Source: an uncultured Pseudomonadota bacterium (lineage in GTDB: Bacteria > Oederibacteriota > Muellerivitia > Muellerivitales > Muellerivitaceae). From it: DNA of 64,000 bases. The stretch is from the NCBI GenBank assembly GCA_963770835.1, contig CAVYRH010000007.1:1-64000 (forward strand), read 5' to 3'. Each line of letters opens with the position of its first letter. Within the stretch, counting starts at the first letter, position 1. Both the position numbers and the translations under genes were made by a program. The notes beneath the pieces were generated by a model, which saw only the letters and a list, made by a program, of their open reading frames with translations, was not told where the DNA came from and did not search any database. Positions 40,870 through 51,434 of the stretch are shown piece by piece.

Positions 40870-41991
40870 ATGAAAAAAACCTCCCGCCTTTTCCCATGGG
40901 TTTTTGCGGCAGGGCTGCTTTGTTCCAACTGGTGTTTCGCCGACTCCGTGAATGACGGGCCCAACCCGACCCTGACCCCCGCTTCGACGCCTTCGCCGCT
41001 GTCCAAGGATTACCATCCCGCGCGTCCCGCCACGCCGGGCCACGTCAAATTGGCCTTCATGGGCGACATCAACTTGGGACGGCGTGTGGCGGACCTACTC
41101 CAAAAAAACGGAACCCCCTGGGCTTTCCAAGCCTGCAAACCCTTCCTGGATGAGGCGGATTTGGCCGTGGCCAACCTGGAATCCCCGGTAGGGGACGGCG
41201 GCAAGAAATACGCCGAAAAATCCGTTTACTTGAAAGGCCGGCCCCAGGACCTGGACGCCCTTTCCTACGGTGGTATCGGGCTCGTGACCCTGGCGAACAA
41301 CCACGTTTTGGATTACGGGCCGGACGTTATGGCCCAGACCGTGGACGGATTGGACCGCCGCGGGATTTTGCATACGGGTTTGGTTTCTTCGAGCGGCAAA
41401 TCCCAAGAACCAGTTTATGTCGCGGTGCAGGGGGTGACGCTGGCTTTCCTAGCCTATTGTTCGGTTTGCCCCGGGGAATTTGAGCCTGGTAAGAACAGGC
41501 CGGGGGTGGAAGTGGCTCTTTCCTCGGTCATGCTCCCCGAAATCAAGAAAGCCAGGGCCAAGGCCGATTTCGTCATCGTGCTGGTCCATTGGGGAACGGA
41601 GTATTTCGGCGTTAACGCCCTGCAAAAAAAGCTGGCCCAATCCCTTCATAAGGGCGGGGCGGACATGGTCATCGGCGCTCATCCCCACGTGCCGCAAAAA
41701 ATCCAACGGATTGGAAAAACATTGGTGGCTTATAGCTTGGGGGATTTTCTCTTTGACTTGAGCCATGCGGCCTGCCAGGACAGCTGCATCCTGATGGTGG
41801 AATTGCAAAAAGGCAAGAAGCCCCAATGGGAAGCCGTGCCGTTGGATTTAAGCTCGGGGCGCCCTGAACCCCTGGCCGGTCAAAATCCGCAGGCCCTGGT
41901 GATTCAGCAGATCTTGAAAAAAGGCTATGAATACAACGGGCGAAAAGACCAGAAAGTTGTAATGAAAGCCGCTGTAAAAAACCCGAAGTGA
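40870..41991 (+). CDS. CapA/PgsA family metallophosphoesterase-fold protein, secreted
   Basis: GDINLG, ANLESP, LANNHVLDYG, HWGTEY, GAHPHV, YSLGDF. Confidence 0.9.
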   Translation: MKKTSRLFPWVFAAGLLCSNWCFADSVNDGPNPTLTPASTPSPLSKDYHPARPATPGHVKLAFMGDINLGRRVADLLQKNGTPWAFQACKPFLDEADLAVANLESPVGDGGKKYAEKSVYLKGRPQDLDALSYGGIGLVTLANNHVLDYGPDVMAQTVDGLDRRGILHTGLVSSSGKSQEPVYVAVQGVTLAFLAYCSVCPGEFEPGKNRPGVEVALSSVMLPEIKKARAKADFVIVLVHWGTEYFGVNALQKKLAQSLHKGGADMVIGAHPHVPQKIQRIGKTLVAYSLGDFLFDLSHAACQDSCILMVELQKGKKPQWEAVPLDLSSGRPEPLAGQNPQALVIQQILKKGYEYNGRKDQKVVMKAAVKNPK

Positions 41992-41995
41992 ATTT

Positions 41996-43033
41996 CTACC
42001 GCATGGGAGTTTGCACTGGAATGGTGGTCATGATGGAAAGAATGACCACCAGGAAGGCGAATTCGATGAGGCCGATGTGGTCGGGCTCGGCCGGGGCGTC
42101 CTTGCGGAAGGCCTGAAAAACGGCCAAGGCCATAAGGATCATCAAGAGTTTCTCCCCGGTGTCATAAAGCATCAGCCCCATGACCGCCAGCATCACCCAG
42201 CGCTGCCAAGTGGAGAGGGATTGGAATCCCCGGCCCCCGTCCAATTGCCAGACGGGCATGAGGTTGAAGAGATTGATCCAAGCCCCGATTTGGGCGATGG
42301 CGGCGAAGACCATGATCCCCGTGGCGCGGAAAAGGGCATAAGCCGTCAAGGCGGCCCCCAAACCCCAAATGGGTCCGGCCAGGCCTACCCGTGCGTCCTC
42401 CCTCGGGTTGGTCAGCTTTTGCTGGAGGCGGATGAAAGCCCCGACGCCGGGGATAAAGACGGGAGCGGTGGCCTTGATACCATAACGGTTCAGGGCGGCC
42501 ACATGGCCCATTTCATGGATGTAGATGGAAAGCACGAAGCCCAAGGCGAATTTCCAACCCCAAAACGTCCAATAGACCCCAAAGGCCAGGAGCATGGATA
42601 AAAGCGTGTGGAGCTTGGCCAGGCCCAACAAAAGCAGCTTGATCTTGGAAAGAAAGACCGCTAGGAGACCCAAAAGGCCCGCTTTTCCACCGTTCTTCCC
42701 GAAGAAGGACTTTTGCTCCTGAACCACCGATGGATTGGAACCGGTAGGGGAAAGGCCGTCCACTTGCCGCCCCAGATCCGTTATTTTTTCCCGTAGCGCC
42801 TCATGTTGCTTGGAACGGGGTGGAAGGAGATCCAGTGCCCCCCGCCAAAAAGCCAATGCGTCGGAGGGGCGGTTTTCGCGTTCGGCTTGAGTGGCGTTTT
42901 TGGATAGCTCGTTTAAACGGTCGGCGTAAACCAGCCTCCGGCAGCCCGGACAGGCCAGGAAATTTTTCGGTATTTCCGTTCCGCACTGGGGGCAGGAACG
43001 GGAAGAAACAATTGATTCAAATTCGTTAGCCAT
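41996..43033 (-). CDS. Site-2 protease (M50) with N-terminal zinc ribbon
   Basis: CPQC...CPGC; HEMGH, AGP, NLMPVWQLDGG; TM helices. Confidence 0.9.
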   Translation of the reverse strand: MANEFESIVSSRSCPQCGTEIPKNFLACPGCRRLVYADRLNELSKNATQAERENRPSDALAFWRGALDLLPPRSKQHEALREKITDLGRQVDGLSPTGSNPSVVQEQKSFFGKNGGKAGLLGLLAVFLSKIKLLLLGLAKLHTLLSMLLAFGVYWTFWGWKFALGFVLSIYIHEMGHVAALNRYGIKATAPVFIPGVGAFIRLQQKLTNPREDARVGLAGPIWGLGAALTAYALFRATGIMVFAAIAQIGAWINLFNLMPVWQLDGGRGFQSLSTWQRWVMLAVMGLMLYDTGEKLLMILMALAVFQAFRKDAPAEPDHIGLIEFAFLVVILSIMTTIPVQTPMR

Positions 43034-43333
43034 TCAGGCCTCTTCTTTTCAGGTAAAGCGCCGTTTTTATAATTAATTTTAAGAACCTAACCCCATAACC
43101 CACAGTTAAGATGGGTAATAATTACTCACTTAACGGTTATTTAAAAATAGCACTTTAATTGACCAAATTTATTTTTAAACCGAATCGCTCTTTGGAAATT
43201 TAAAATTCAAAAGAGAGATGTTAATATATATACACATACCCTTTAGTTAAACGCGTTAACCAAGCGATTAATGCCTTAATCGTGATTTGTGTTGGATAAC
43301 CCAGCATATCATTTTAACCGATTAAGGAGACCT

Positions 43334-45472
43334 GTGATTTTCGGAAAAAAAACTACCTCCCTTCTCTTCATGATTTTCTCGGCCATCCTATTCAACCGCG
43401 GTTCCTTCGCCCAAGCACAGGATAAAAATTTGTCTCCGGTCCAAACTCCGGAAGCAAGCCCGTCCCCCTTTTCCACACCAGTGGCAAGCCCATCCCCCCT
43501 CCCCACGCCGGAGGTAGGTTCCTCCGCCCCGACAGTGGCGGCAGAAGCATCCCCAAGCACGTTAAAAAAATTGAGCTTGGAGGACCTGATGAATTTGGAT
43601 GTCACTTCCGTATCCAAACAGCCCCAGCCCTATGGGGAAGCGCCAGCCGCGATCGATGTGATTACTAACGATGAAATCCGCCGTTCGGGCGCTTCCAACA
43701 TCCCGGAGGCCCTGCGGCTGGCGGACAACCTGGAAGTGGCGCAAAAAGACTCCCATGACTGGGCCATCAGCGCGCGCGGGTTCAACACCAGTTTGGCGAA
43801 CAAGCTTTTGGTCTTGATGGACGGAAGGACCCTTTACACGCCCCTTTTCGCCGGCGTCATCTGGGACACGCAGGATTACCTCATGGAGGATATTGACCGT
43901 ATCGAGGTCATCAGCGGCCCCGGCGGAACCCTCTGGGGCGCCAACGCGGTGAACGGCGTCATCAACATCACCACGAAGGGCGCGAAAGACACCCAGGGGC
44001 TTTACGTGGAAGGCGGCGGGGGAACCGAATTGCAGGATTTCACCGGAGTCCGTTACGGCGGCGCCTTGGACTCCAACATTTATTACCGCTTTTACGGTAA
44101 ATATTTCGACCAAGGGAATGAATATTTTCACCCTTCCGGGAACGCAGCGCCGGATTCGTGGCACATGGGCCAAGGGGGATTCCGGATGGACGTCCTTACC
44201 TCAACGGAAGAAACGTTCACTTTGCAGGGGGACTATTACGACGGCAACCAAAATATTTCGACGGGGGGAAACTCCCAAACCAGCGGGGGAAACGTATTGG
44301 GACGCTGGTCCCGTAGTTTCGCCGACGATTCCAACCTGAGCCTGCAATTGTATTACGACCAAACCTACCTGGACGACCCTGTCCCTGCGGACGGTCTGTT
44401 GGCACCCGCGGGAACGCTGGCCGACACCCTCGACACCTACGACATGGACTTCCAATACCGGTTCCACCTGGACACTTGGAACAACCTGGTTTCGGGTTTG
44501 GGGTACCGATATACGAATGAAGTGGACCAGAATGCCCCGGCCCTAGCCTATGAGCCGTCCACATTGGACCAGAATTTATACAGCGCCTTCGCCCAGGATG
44601 AAATGGTGCTGGAAAAGGACCTTTCGTTCATCTTCGGGAGCAAGCTGGAGCACAACGACTATACAGGTTTCGAAGTGGAACCCAGCGCAAGGCTGAAATG
44701 GGACGTGGACTCGGGTCAAATGCTATGGGCTGCGGTTTCCAGGGCCGTCCGCATGCCATCCCGCGTGGACCGGGATGAGGAGTATCCCATCACGAACCCG
44801 ATCTACGAGCACTTTGGGATCGACGAGCTCCTAATCGGCGGCGCCGATTTCGTGTCCGAAACGGTCATTACTTACGAACTGGGTTACCGGGCCCAGCTCA
44901 ACCCGGAACTTTCTACGTCCCTTTCGACCTTCTTCAACAATTACGGTGACATTCGAAGCGCGGCTTATACGCCTCCGCCGACGCCCTTGAATCAGGGTCT
45001 TCCCATCGTCTTCCAAAACAACCTGTTGGCACAGACCTGCGGCGTCGAACTCACCGCCGACTACCAGGTCCTGGAAGGGTGGAGGATGCATGCCGGTTAT
45101 GACCTGCTGCAGGAGAATGTCTGGGTCGTGCCGGGAGCGAAGGATATCAACAACGCGCTCAACGAAACCGCCGACCCGCCGAACCAGGTTTTCTTGCGTT
45201 CCTCCATGGACTTGCCGGGAAACCTGGAGTTTGATCCTTCTTTTCGTTGGATTGATTCCATCGTCTACAACAACAACGGCAGCCCCGCTCGGGTCCCCAG
45301 CTACGCCGAACTGGACGCTCGTTTAGGCTGGAGCCCAGTCCAAAACATCGAGGTTTCGGTGACGGGATTGAGCCTCCTGCATTACGAACATGTCGAGTAC
45401 CTGGTCAACGGCGCCAACCAGAACGAATGGATCCAGCGCAGCGTTTATGGAAAGATCGCATGCCGGTTCTGA
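43334..45472 (+). CDS. TonB-dependent receptor
   Basis: AAGGAG RBS before GTG 43334; LSLEDLMNLDVTSVSK, plug (IDRIEVISGPGGTLWGANAVNGVINIT), beta-barrel, terminal Phe. Confidence 0.92.
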   Translation: MIFGKKTTSLLFMIFSAILFNRGSFAQAQDKNLSPVQTPEASPSPFSTPVASPSPLPTPEVGSSAPTVAAEASPSTLKKLSLEDLMNLDVTSVSKQPQPYGEAPAAIDVITNDEIRRSGASNIPEALRLADNLEVAQKDSHDWAISARGFNTSLANKLLVLMDGRTLYTPLFAGVIWDTQDYLMEDIDRIEVISGPGGTLWGANAVNGVINITTKGAKDTQGLYVEGGGGTELQDFTGVRYGGALDSNIYYRFYGKYFDQGNEYFHPSGNAAPDSWHMGQGGFRMDVLTSTEETFTLQGDYYDGNQNISTGGNSQTSGGNVLGRWSRSFADDSNLSLQLYYDQTYLDDPVPADGLLAPAGTLADTLDTYDMDFQYRFHLDTWNNLVSGLGYRYTNEVDQNAPALAYEPSTLDQNLYSAFAQDEMVLEKDLSFIFGSKLEHNDYTGFEVEPSARLKWDVDSGQMLWAAVSRAVRMPSRVDRDEEYPITNPIYEHFGIDELLIGGADFVSETVITYELGYRAQLNPELSTSLSTFFNNYGDIRSAAYTPPPTPLNQGLPIVFQNNLLAQTCGVELTADYQVLEGWRMHAGYDLLQENVWVVPGAKDINNALNETADPPNQVFLRSSMDLPGNLEFDPSFRWIDSIVYNNNGSPARVPSYAELDARLGWSPVQNIEVSVTGLSLLHYEHVEYLVNGANQNEWIQRSVYGKIACRF

Positions 45473-46041
45473 CCTTGCCCCGACAGGTAAGGACAACAGG
45501 CGTGGGGCTTGTCCTGCTGGCCCTTTTGTTTTTGACCACTAGGGCGCCCCTCTTGGCGGAACCCACGATTTCGAAGGAATACCAGGTCAAGGCCGTCTTC
45601 CTCTTTAACTTCGCCCAATTCGTCCAATGGCCGCCCAAGGCCTTCACTTCCGCGGACGAGCCTTTTTGCATCGGCATTTTAGGCGACGACCCCTTCGACG
45701 CCTTTTTGGACGCGACCGTCAACGGCGAGAAAATAGGCGGCCATCCCCTGGTCATTGAACGCTACCGACGCATCGAGGACGCCAAGGACTGCCAGATCCT
45801 GTTCATCAGCCGGTCCGAAAACGCACGGATGGGAAGCATCTTGGACGGTTTGAAGGGAAGGAGCGTCCTCACGATCGGGGACACGGACGGTTTCATCGAA
45901 AACGGGGGAATCATCCGTTTCGTCACGGTGAATAATAAAATCCATTTCAAGATCAACCTGGAGGCCGCGAAGCGAGCCAACCTGACCATTAGCTCCCAAG
46001 TACTGCGGCTGGCCGAAATCACCGGGCCGGGAAAGGACTGA
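45460..46041 (+). CDS. YfiR/HmsC family (DUF4154) periplasmic protein
   Basis: EYQVKAVFLFNFAQFVQWP, CQILFI, F.INL.AA....L.ISSQVLRLA. Confidence 0.9.
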   Translation: MPVLTLPRQVRTTGVGLVLLALLFLTTRAPLLAEPTISKEYQVKAVFLFNFAQFVQWPPKAFTSADEPFCIGILGDDPFDAFLDATVNGEKIGGHPLVIERYRRIEDAKDCQILFISRSENARMGSILDGLKGRSVLTIGDTDGFIENGGIIRFVTVNNKIHFKINLEAAKRANLTISSQVLRLAEITGPGKD

Positions 46042-46043
46042 CC

Positions 46044-48245
46044 GTGGCGCTCAAGGACATGCCCATCCGGCGAAAATTGATGGCGGTCAATCTGCTCACC
46101 AGCGGCGCGGTGCTGCTGCTGACTTGCGCGGCCTTCACCACTTATGAAATCGTCACGCTGCGCAAGGGCATGGTGGATGGCTACCGGACGAGGGCTGAAA
46201 TCATTGCCGCCAACTCCACGGCGGCGCTGGCCTTCCAAAACGAGGCGGATGCCGCCGATGTGCTGGCCGTGCTTAAAACCGACCCCCGGGTCACAGGGGC
46301 CTGCCTTTATGACAGCCAGGGAAAATTATTCGCGAAGTATCCGGCCGGTGCCCCTGCCTGGGTTTTTCCCGCCAGTCCGGGCGAATCCGGCTACCGGGGC
46401 GGGCATTTGGAAGTCTTCTGTCCCATCGTCCAAGGGGACCGGAAACTCGGCACAGTCTATATCCAATCGGACTTGTCAGCCCTGACAGACCGGTATTCCG
46501 CCTATGCCTGGCTTTCGGTCGCCATCATTCTTGGTTCCATCCTGACCGCTTTTCTGCTTTCCAGGACCTTGGAAAAGCAAATCTCCAGGCCTGTCCTGGC
46601 CTTGGCCAAGGTAGCCATTGCCGTCTCCGACCACCGGAACTTCTCGGTTCGCGCCCAAAAGTTCAGCGAAGACGAATTGGGGTCGCTGACCGACGCCTTC
46701 AACCAGATGCTCGGGGAGATTCAGGCCCAAAACCAGGCGCTCGAGGCCTCCGAGGCCAATTACCGGGAAATTTTTGAGAAGGCCAACGACGGTATTATTA
46801 TTACGGATCCCGAAACATCCGCGAATCCTATCGTGGATATGAATCCCCGGCTGGAACGAATGACCGGTTTTACCCTGGAGGAATATAAAAAAGTCCCGGT
46901 GGAAAAACTGTTCACCAAAGAACTTGGTTTTACCCCGGAGGATTACGGGGTTTTAGCCAAGAAGGCCCTGGCCGAAGGCCCCCAACTCTTCGAATGGCTG
47001 GCGCTTCACAAGGACGGACATACCTATTGGATTGAAGTAAGCCTCCAGAAGGCCATCTTGGCCGGTAAAACCCGGTTAATTGCTTTTATCCGCGATATCT
47101 CTGAGCGTAAGCAACTGGAGGAAATCCTCCAGACCCGGGATTTCATCACCTCCGTCCTCGAGAACCTGCCCAATATGGTTTTCGTCAAGAATGCCAAGGA
47201 CCTGCGTTTCGTCATGTTCAACAAAGCGGGCGAGGAACTCTTGGGGGTCCAGCGGGCCGACATCATCGGCAAGAACGATTATGACTTCTTCCCCGGGGAA
47301 CAAGCGGATTTTTTCACCTCCAAGGACCGGGCGGTATTGAACAGCGGAAAAGTCCTGGACATACCGGAGGAGTCCATTGACACGAAGGCCAACGGGAAAA
47401 GGATATTGCACACCAAAAAAATCCCGATCCGGGACAAGGAGGGGACCCCTCAATACCTCCTCGGCATCTCGGAGGACATCACGGAGGAAAAACGGCAGCA
47501 AGAATTAAGGATGTACACCCAGGCCCTGGAAGTGAGCAACAAGGAACTGCAGGATTTCGTTTTCGTGGCTTCCCACGACCTGCAGGAACCCTTGAGGAAA
47601 ATCCAGTCTTTCGCCAATTTCCTGGCCGAGGAATACGGCGCCGCCCTCGAGGGCAACGGCAAGGATTACCTGGAGCGCATGCGGTCGGCCGCGGGCCGCA
47701 TGCAGACCCTCATCAACGACCTTTTGTCCCTCACCCGGGTCACCACCAAGGCCCAGCCCTTTCTTCCCGTCGACCTTTCCCAAGTGATCCGGGATGTCCT
47801 GGAAGACCTGGAAACCAAGATCGGGGAAAAAGGCGCCCAAATTCACGTGGGGCCCCTTCCAACCCTGAAAGCGGATGCCACCCAAATACGGCAATTGTTC
47901 CAGAACCTCATCGGGAACGCATTGAAATACCAAAAGCCGGGTGTCCCGCCCCAAATCAAAATCAGCGCTTCCTTGGGCGGACCGGCGGGACCTCCACTTG
48001 GATTTTGCCGCATCCTAGTGGAGGATAACGGCATCGGATTCGACAACCAATACGCGGAGCAGATTTTCAAAGTGTTTGAAAGGCTTCACGGGCGGGAGGA
48101 GTATGAGGGAACGGGGATAGGTTTGGCGATATGCCGGAAAGTAGTGGAACGGCACGGCGGCACCATCCGCGCCGAAGGGACGATTGGAAAGGGCAGCCTC
48201 TTCACGGTGGAACTGCCGCTCGGGCCAAAAACTAATGGAGGATAG
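46044..48245 (+). CDS. Membrane sensor kinase (YfiN-like periplasmic sensor, HAMP, PAS, PAS, HisKA)
   Basis: IRRKL-TM, NSTAALAF, DELGSLTDAFNQML HAMP, two PAS domains, ASHDLQEPLRKI. Confidence 0.92.
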   Translation: MALKDMPIRRKLMAVNLLTSGAVLLLTCAAFTTYEIVTLRKGMVDGYRTRAEIIAANSTAALAFQNEADAADVLAVLKTDPRVTGACLYDSQGKLFAKYPAGAPAWVFPASPGESGYRGGHLEVFCPIVQGDRKLGTVYIQSDLSALTDRYSAYAWLSVAIILGSILTAFLLSRTLEKQISRPVLALAKVAIAVSDHRNFSVRAQKFSEDELGSLTDAFNQMLGEIQAQNQALEASEANYREIFEKANDGIIITDPETSANPIVDMNPRLERMTGFTLEEYKKVPVEKLFTKELGFTPEDYGVLAKKALAEGPQLFEWLALHKDGHTYWIEVSLQKAILAGKTRLIAFIRDISERKQLEEILQTRDFITSVLENLPNMVFVKNAKDLRFVMFNKAGEELLGVQRADIIGKNDYDFFPGEQADFFTSKDRAVLNSGKVLDIPEESIDTKANGKRILHTKKIPIRDKEGTPQYLLGISEDITEEKRQQELRMYTQALEVSNKELQDFVFVASHDLQEPLRKIQSFANFLAEEYGAALEGNGKDYLERMRSAAGRMQTLINDLLSLTRVTTKAQPFLPVDLSQVIRDVLEDLETKIGEKGAQIHVGPLPTLKADATQIRQLFQNLIGNALKYQKPGVPPQIKISASLGGPAGPPLGFCRILVEDNGIGFDNQYAEQIFKVFERLHGREEYEGTGIGLAICRKVVERHGGTIRAEGTIGKGSLFTVELPLGPKTNGG

Positions 48246-48246
48246 G

Positions 48247-48717
48247 ATGACACAAGCTGAAAAAAATTCGATGCCGATATTGATGGTCGACGACGACAAG
48301 GACGACCGGATGATCACGGAGAAGGCGCTCCGGAAAAGCCGGGTGGTCAACCCTATCATCTTCCTCGTGGATGGGGAAGAATTGATGGATTACCTCAAGC
48401 GAAAGGGCAAATTTTCCGGCTTGGGCACCGCCTCCAGGCCTTGTTTCATCCTCCTGGACTTGAACATGCCCAAGATGGACGGCCGCAAGGTGCTCCTTTT
48501 CATCAAGGCGGACCCGGACCTGAAAAATATCCCTGTTGTGGTGCTGACCACTTCCAAAGCCGAAGAAGATATTGTCCGAAGCTATAATTTGGGGGCCAAC
48601 TCCTTCATCACCAAACCGGTTAATTTCGAGGGACTGGTGAGCTTGATGGAATCCTTGAAGAATTACTGGCTGGAGATCGTCGAACTGCCTCCCGGAAACG
48701 GACACGCGCCGCAATGA
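48247..48717 (+). CDS. Single-domain response regulator (Rcp1-like)
   Basis: VDDD, ILLDLNMP, LTTS, GANSFITKP. Confidence 0.92.
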   Translation: MTQAEKNSMPILMVDDDKDDRMITEKALRKSRVVNPIIFLVDGEELMDYLKRKGKFSGLGTASRPCFILLDLNMPKMDGRKVLLFIKADPDLKNIPVVVLTTSKAEEDIVRSYNLGANSFITKPVNFEGLVSLMESLKNYWLEIVELPPGNGHAPQ

Positions 48718-51404
48718 CCGAAAAACCCATTCGGGTCCTGTTGGTGGAGGATGACAACGAGGACTTCCTGATCATCCAAAAAATGCTCACGGTCGTCAAA
48801 AAAAAGTGCTTTGAGCTGGACCGGGTTTCCACCTATAAGGCCGCCATCCAGAAGCTGGAACAGAGGGATCATGACGTCTGCCTGCTGGATTACCGGCTGG
48901 AGGGACGGAACGGACTGGACTTGCTCAAGGAAGCGGCCCTCAAGGGGCACACCATCCCTATTATTTTCCTCACGGGCCAGGGGGAACACGAGGTGGACGT
49001 GGAAGCCATCCAATTAGGCGCCGCGGACTTTCTCTACAAGAACAAGATTGACGGCGACATGCTGGAACGGTCGGTGCGCTACGCCCTGGAGCGGCACAAA
49101 GCGGAGGAAAACCGGATCCGTCTGGCCGCTATCGTGGAATCCTCCGAGGACGCGATTTATTCGGTCACCCTTGAGGGGGTCATCCTCAGTTGGAACGCGG
49201 GCGCCCAGCGGGTTTACGGGTTTGCCGCCGAAGAGGCGGGGGGGCGGCATATATCGCTCGTTCTTTCCCCGGCCCAAGAGAAGGAATTCACCGCGTTTTT
49301 ATCGATGGTTCGGGAAGGGAAGGCCGTCATCAACGCCATGGCCGCTCACCGAACCAAACAAGGCAAGGACGTCCTGCTTTCCCTGACCCTATCACCCATT
49401 CGAAACCCCTTAGGCCAGGTCGTCCGGGCCTCCGTGGTGGCCCGGGACATCACCGAAAGCGAAAAATCGAAGGCCCTCCAAGAGATGCTTCGGGGCGAAC
49501 GCGACCAGCTCTTGGAACGCCTCCAACTGCAAATGCAAATCATGCCCATTGCCTTTCTTGTCTTGGACCATGATTTCAACATTACCTATTGGAATCCCGC
49601 GGCCGGAAGGATTTTTGGGTACGACTTCCCCGAAGTGGAAGGGAAGTCCGTCACCCTCCTGCTGGCGGATTCGGAAAAAGCAGAAGTCGAACAAACCATC
49701 CAAAAGGTCAAAGCCGGCTACACCCCTCCCCATGGCAGCATCCGCAAGATCCGGCAAAAGAAGGGAACCTTCATCACTTGCGAGTTCTACAACGGGACCC
49801 TTAAGGATTCGGAGGGCTATTTAACGGGTACGATGGTCATGGCCATCGACATCACCGAACGCCGCAAGGCCGAGGAAGTCCAATCCCAATTGGCCGCTAT
49901 CCTCCAACAAACCCCCGATGCGGTCATTGGAGTGGATTTGGAAGGACGGATTTTCAATTGGAACCGGGGCGCGGAAATGTTATATGGCTATTCCTTCGAT
50001 GAAATCGTCGGGCAACAAGTGTCGCTATTGGTGCCGCCGGACCGCCAGGAGGAATCCCAAAAAATCACCCAGGCCGCAAGCCAGGGTGAAGTTGTGCAGG
50101 GGTTCGAGACTGTCCAGATTAAAAAAAACGGGGACTTGGTGGATGTTTCCCTTACGTTGTCCCCCATCAAAGAAAGCCGGGGCAAGAGTATTGGTATTTC
50201 GGCGGTCATCCGTGACATTACGGAACGCAAAAAAGCCGAGGATTCACTCCGTAAGCATGAGGAACAACTGCGGTTGGTGGAAAAAATGAACGCCATCGGC
50301 CGCCTGGCGGGGGGGGTGGCCCACGATTTCAACAACCTGTTAAGCGTGATCGGCGGCAATGCCGAATTTTTGATCGGGAACCTGGAGAAGGACAGCCCCC
50401 AACTGGAAGAATTGGGGGAAATCCAAAAAGCCGTGCGGCGGGGAGCCGACCTGACCAAGCAATTGCTGGTCTTTGGCCAGAAACAGGTGGTCCAACCCCA
50501 GCCCGTCAACTTGAACGACCTCGGCGCGGAAATGAACAAAATGCTCAAACGCCTGATCGACGCCAACATTGACCTCGCTATTATCCAAGATAAGGACCTC
50601 AAGCCCATCCTGGCCGACCCGGGGCAAATACAGCAGGTCATCCTGAATCTGGTATTGAACTCACGCGACGCCATGCCCGAAGGCGGGCATTTGATCATCG
50701 AAACCAAGAACCTGGAGTCCGCCCAAATGGAACGGGAAAAAAGGCCCACTTTGCCCATAGGGGATTACGTGCGCCTGAGTGTGACGGACACGGGAACAGG
50801 AATGAGCCAGGAAATTCAAAAGCACGTTTTTGAGCCTTTTTTCACAACTAAGGCGGGGAAGGGAACGGGGCTAGGATTGGCCAGCGTCTATGGCATCGTC
50901 CGCAAGTGGAGCGGGCATATCTTCCTTTACAGCGCTCCCGGGATGGGAAGCACTTTCACGCTTTATTTTCCCGCCCTGCAGGAAGCTGAAACCACGCCAG
51001 CCAAGGCCCAGCCAACCGCTTCCATTTCACAGGGGACAGAGACCATCCTTTTGGCCGAGGATGAGGAACCGGTAAGAAAAATCATCGTCCGAACCCTTAA
51101 AAAATACGGTTACGAGGTGATTGAAGCTAAAAACGGCATTGACGCCGTCCAAAAGGCATGGGAGTACAAGAAGGCAATCCATCTTCTTTTGACCGACACG
51201 GTTATGCCGAAGATGAACGGGAAAGAATTGGCGGATGAAATCCAAAAAGGCCGCCCGGAAACGAAAGTGCTTTTCATTTCCGGTTATCCCCGCGAAATTC
51301 TTTCCCAACAGGGCATTTTGGACTCCGAGATTCGCCTTGTCCAAAAACCGTTCGAACAGGACGATTTGGTCATGAAAATCCGGGAAGTCCTCGATGAAAG
51401 ATAA
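48714..51404 (+). CDS. REC-PAS3-histidine kinase-REC hybrid (CckA-like)
   Basis: N-terminal REC, three PAS domains, GRLAGGVAHDFNNLL, FEPFFTTK..KGTGLGL, C-terminal REC. Confidence 0.93.
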   Translation: MTEKPIRVLLVEDDNEDFLIIQKMLTVVKKKCFELDRVSTYKAAIQKLEQRDHDVCLLDYRLEGRNGLDLLKEAALKGHTIPIIFLTGQGEHEVDVEAIQLGAADFLYKNKIDGDMLERSVRYALERHKAEENRIRLAAIVESSEDAIYSVTLEGVILSWNAGAQRVYGFAAEEAGGRHISLVLSPAQEKEFTAFLSMVREGKAVINAMAAHRTKQGKDVLLSLTLSPIRNPLGQVVRASVVARDITESEKSKALQEMLRGERDQLLERLQLQMQIMPIAFLVLDHDFNITYWNPAAGRIFGYDFPEVEGKSVTLLLADSEKAEVEQTIQKVKAGYTPPHGSIRKIRQKKGTFITCEFYNGTLKDSEGYLTGTMVMAIDITERRKAEEVQSQLAAILQQTPDAVIGVDLEGRIFNWNRGAEMLYGYSFDEIVGQQVSLLVPPDRQEESQKITQAASQGEVVQGFETVQIKKNGDLVDVSLTLSPIKESRGKSIGISAVIRDITERKKAEDSLRKHEEQLRLVEKMNAIGRLAGGVAHDFNNLLSVIGGNAEFLIGNLEKDSPQLEELGEIQKAVRRGADLTKQLLVFGQKQVVQPQPVNLNDLGAEMNKMLKRLIDANIDLAIIQDKDLKPILADPGQIQQVILNLVLNSRDAMPEGGHLIIETKNLESAQMEREKRPTLPIGDYVRLSVTDTGTGMSQEIQKHVFEPFFTTKAGKGTGLGLASVYGIVRKWSGHIFLYSAPGMGSTFTLYFPALQEAETTPAKAQPTASISQGTETILLAEDEEPVRKIIVRTLKKYGYEVIEAKNGIDAVQKAWEYKKAIHLLLTDTVMPKMNGKELADEIQKGRPETKVLFISGYPREILSQQGILDSEIRLVQKPFEQDDLVMKIREVLDER

Positions 51405-51434
51405 CGGGCTGACGGAGATGAATTGGGCGGGGGC

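Noticed and set aside
40870..41991. CapA as evidence of a poly-gamma-glutamate capsule locus
   Set aside because: No capB/capC nearby; stand-alone CapA-family genes are widespread.
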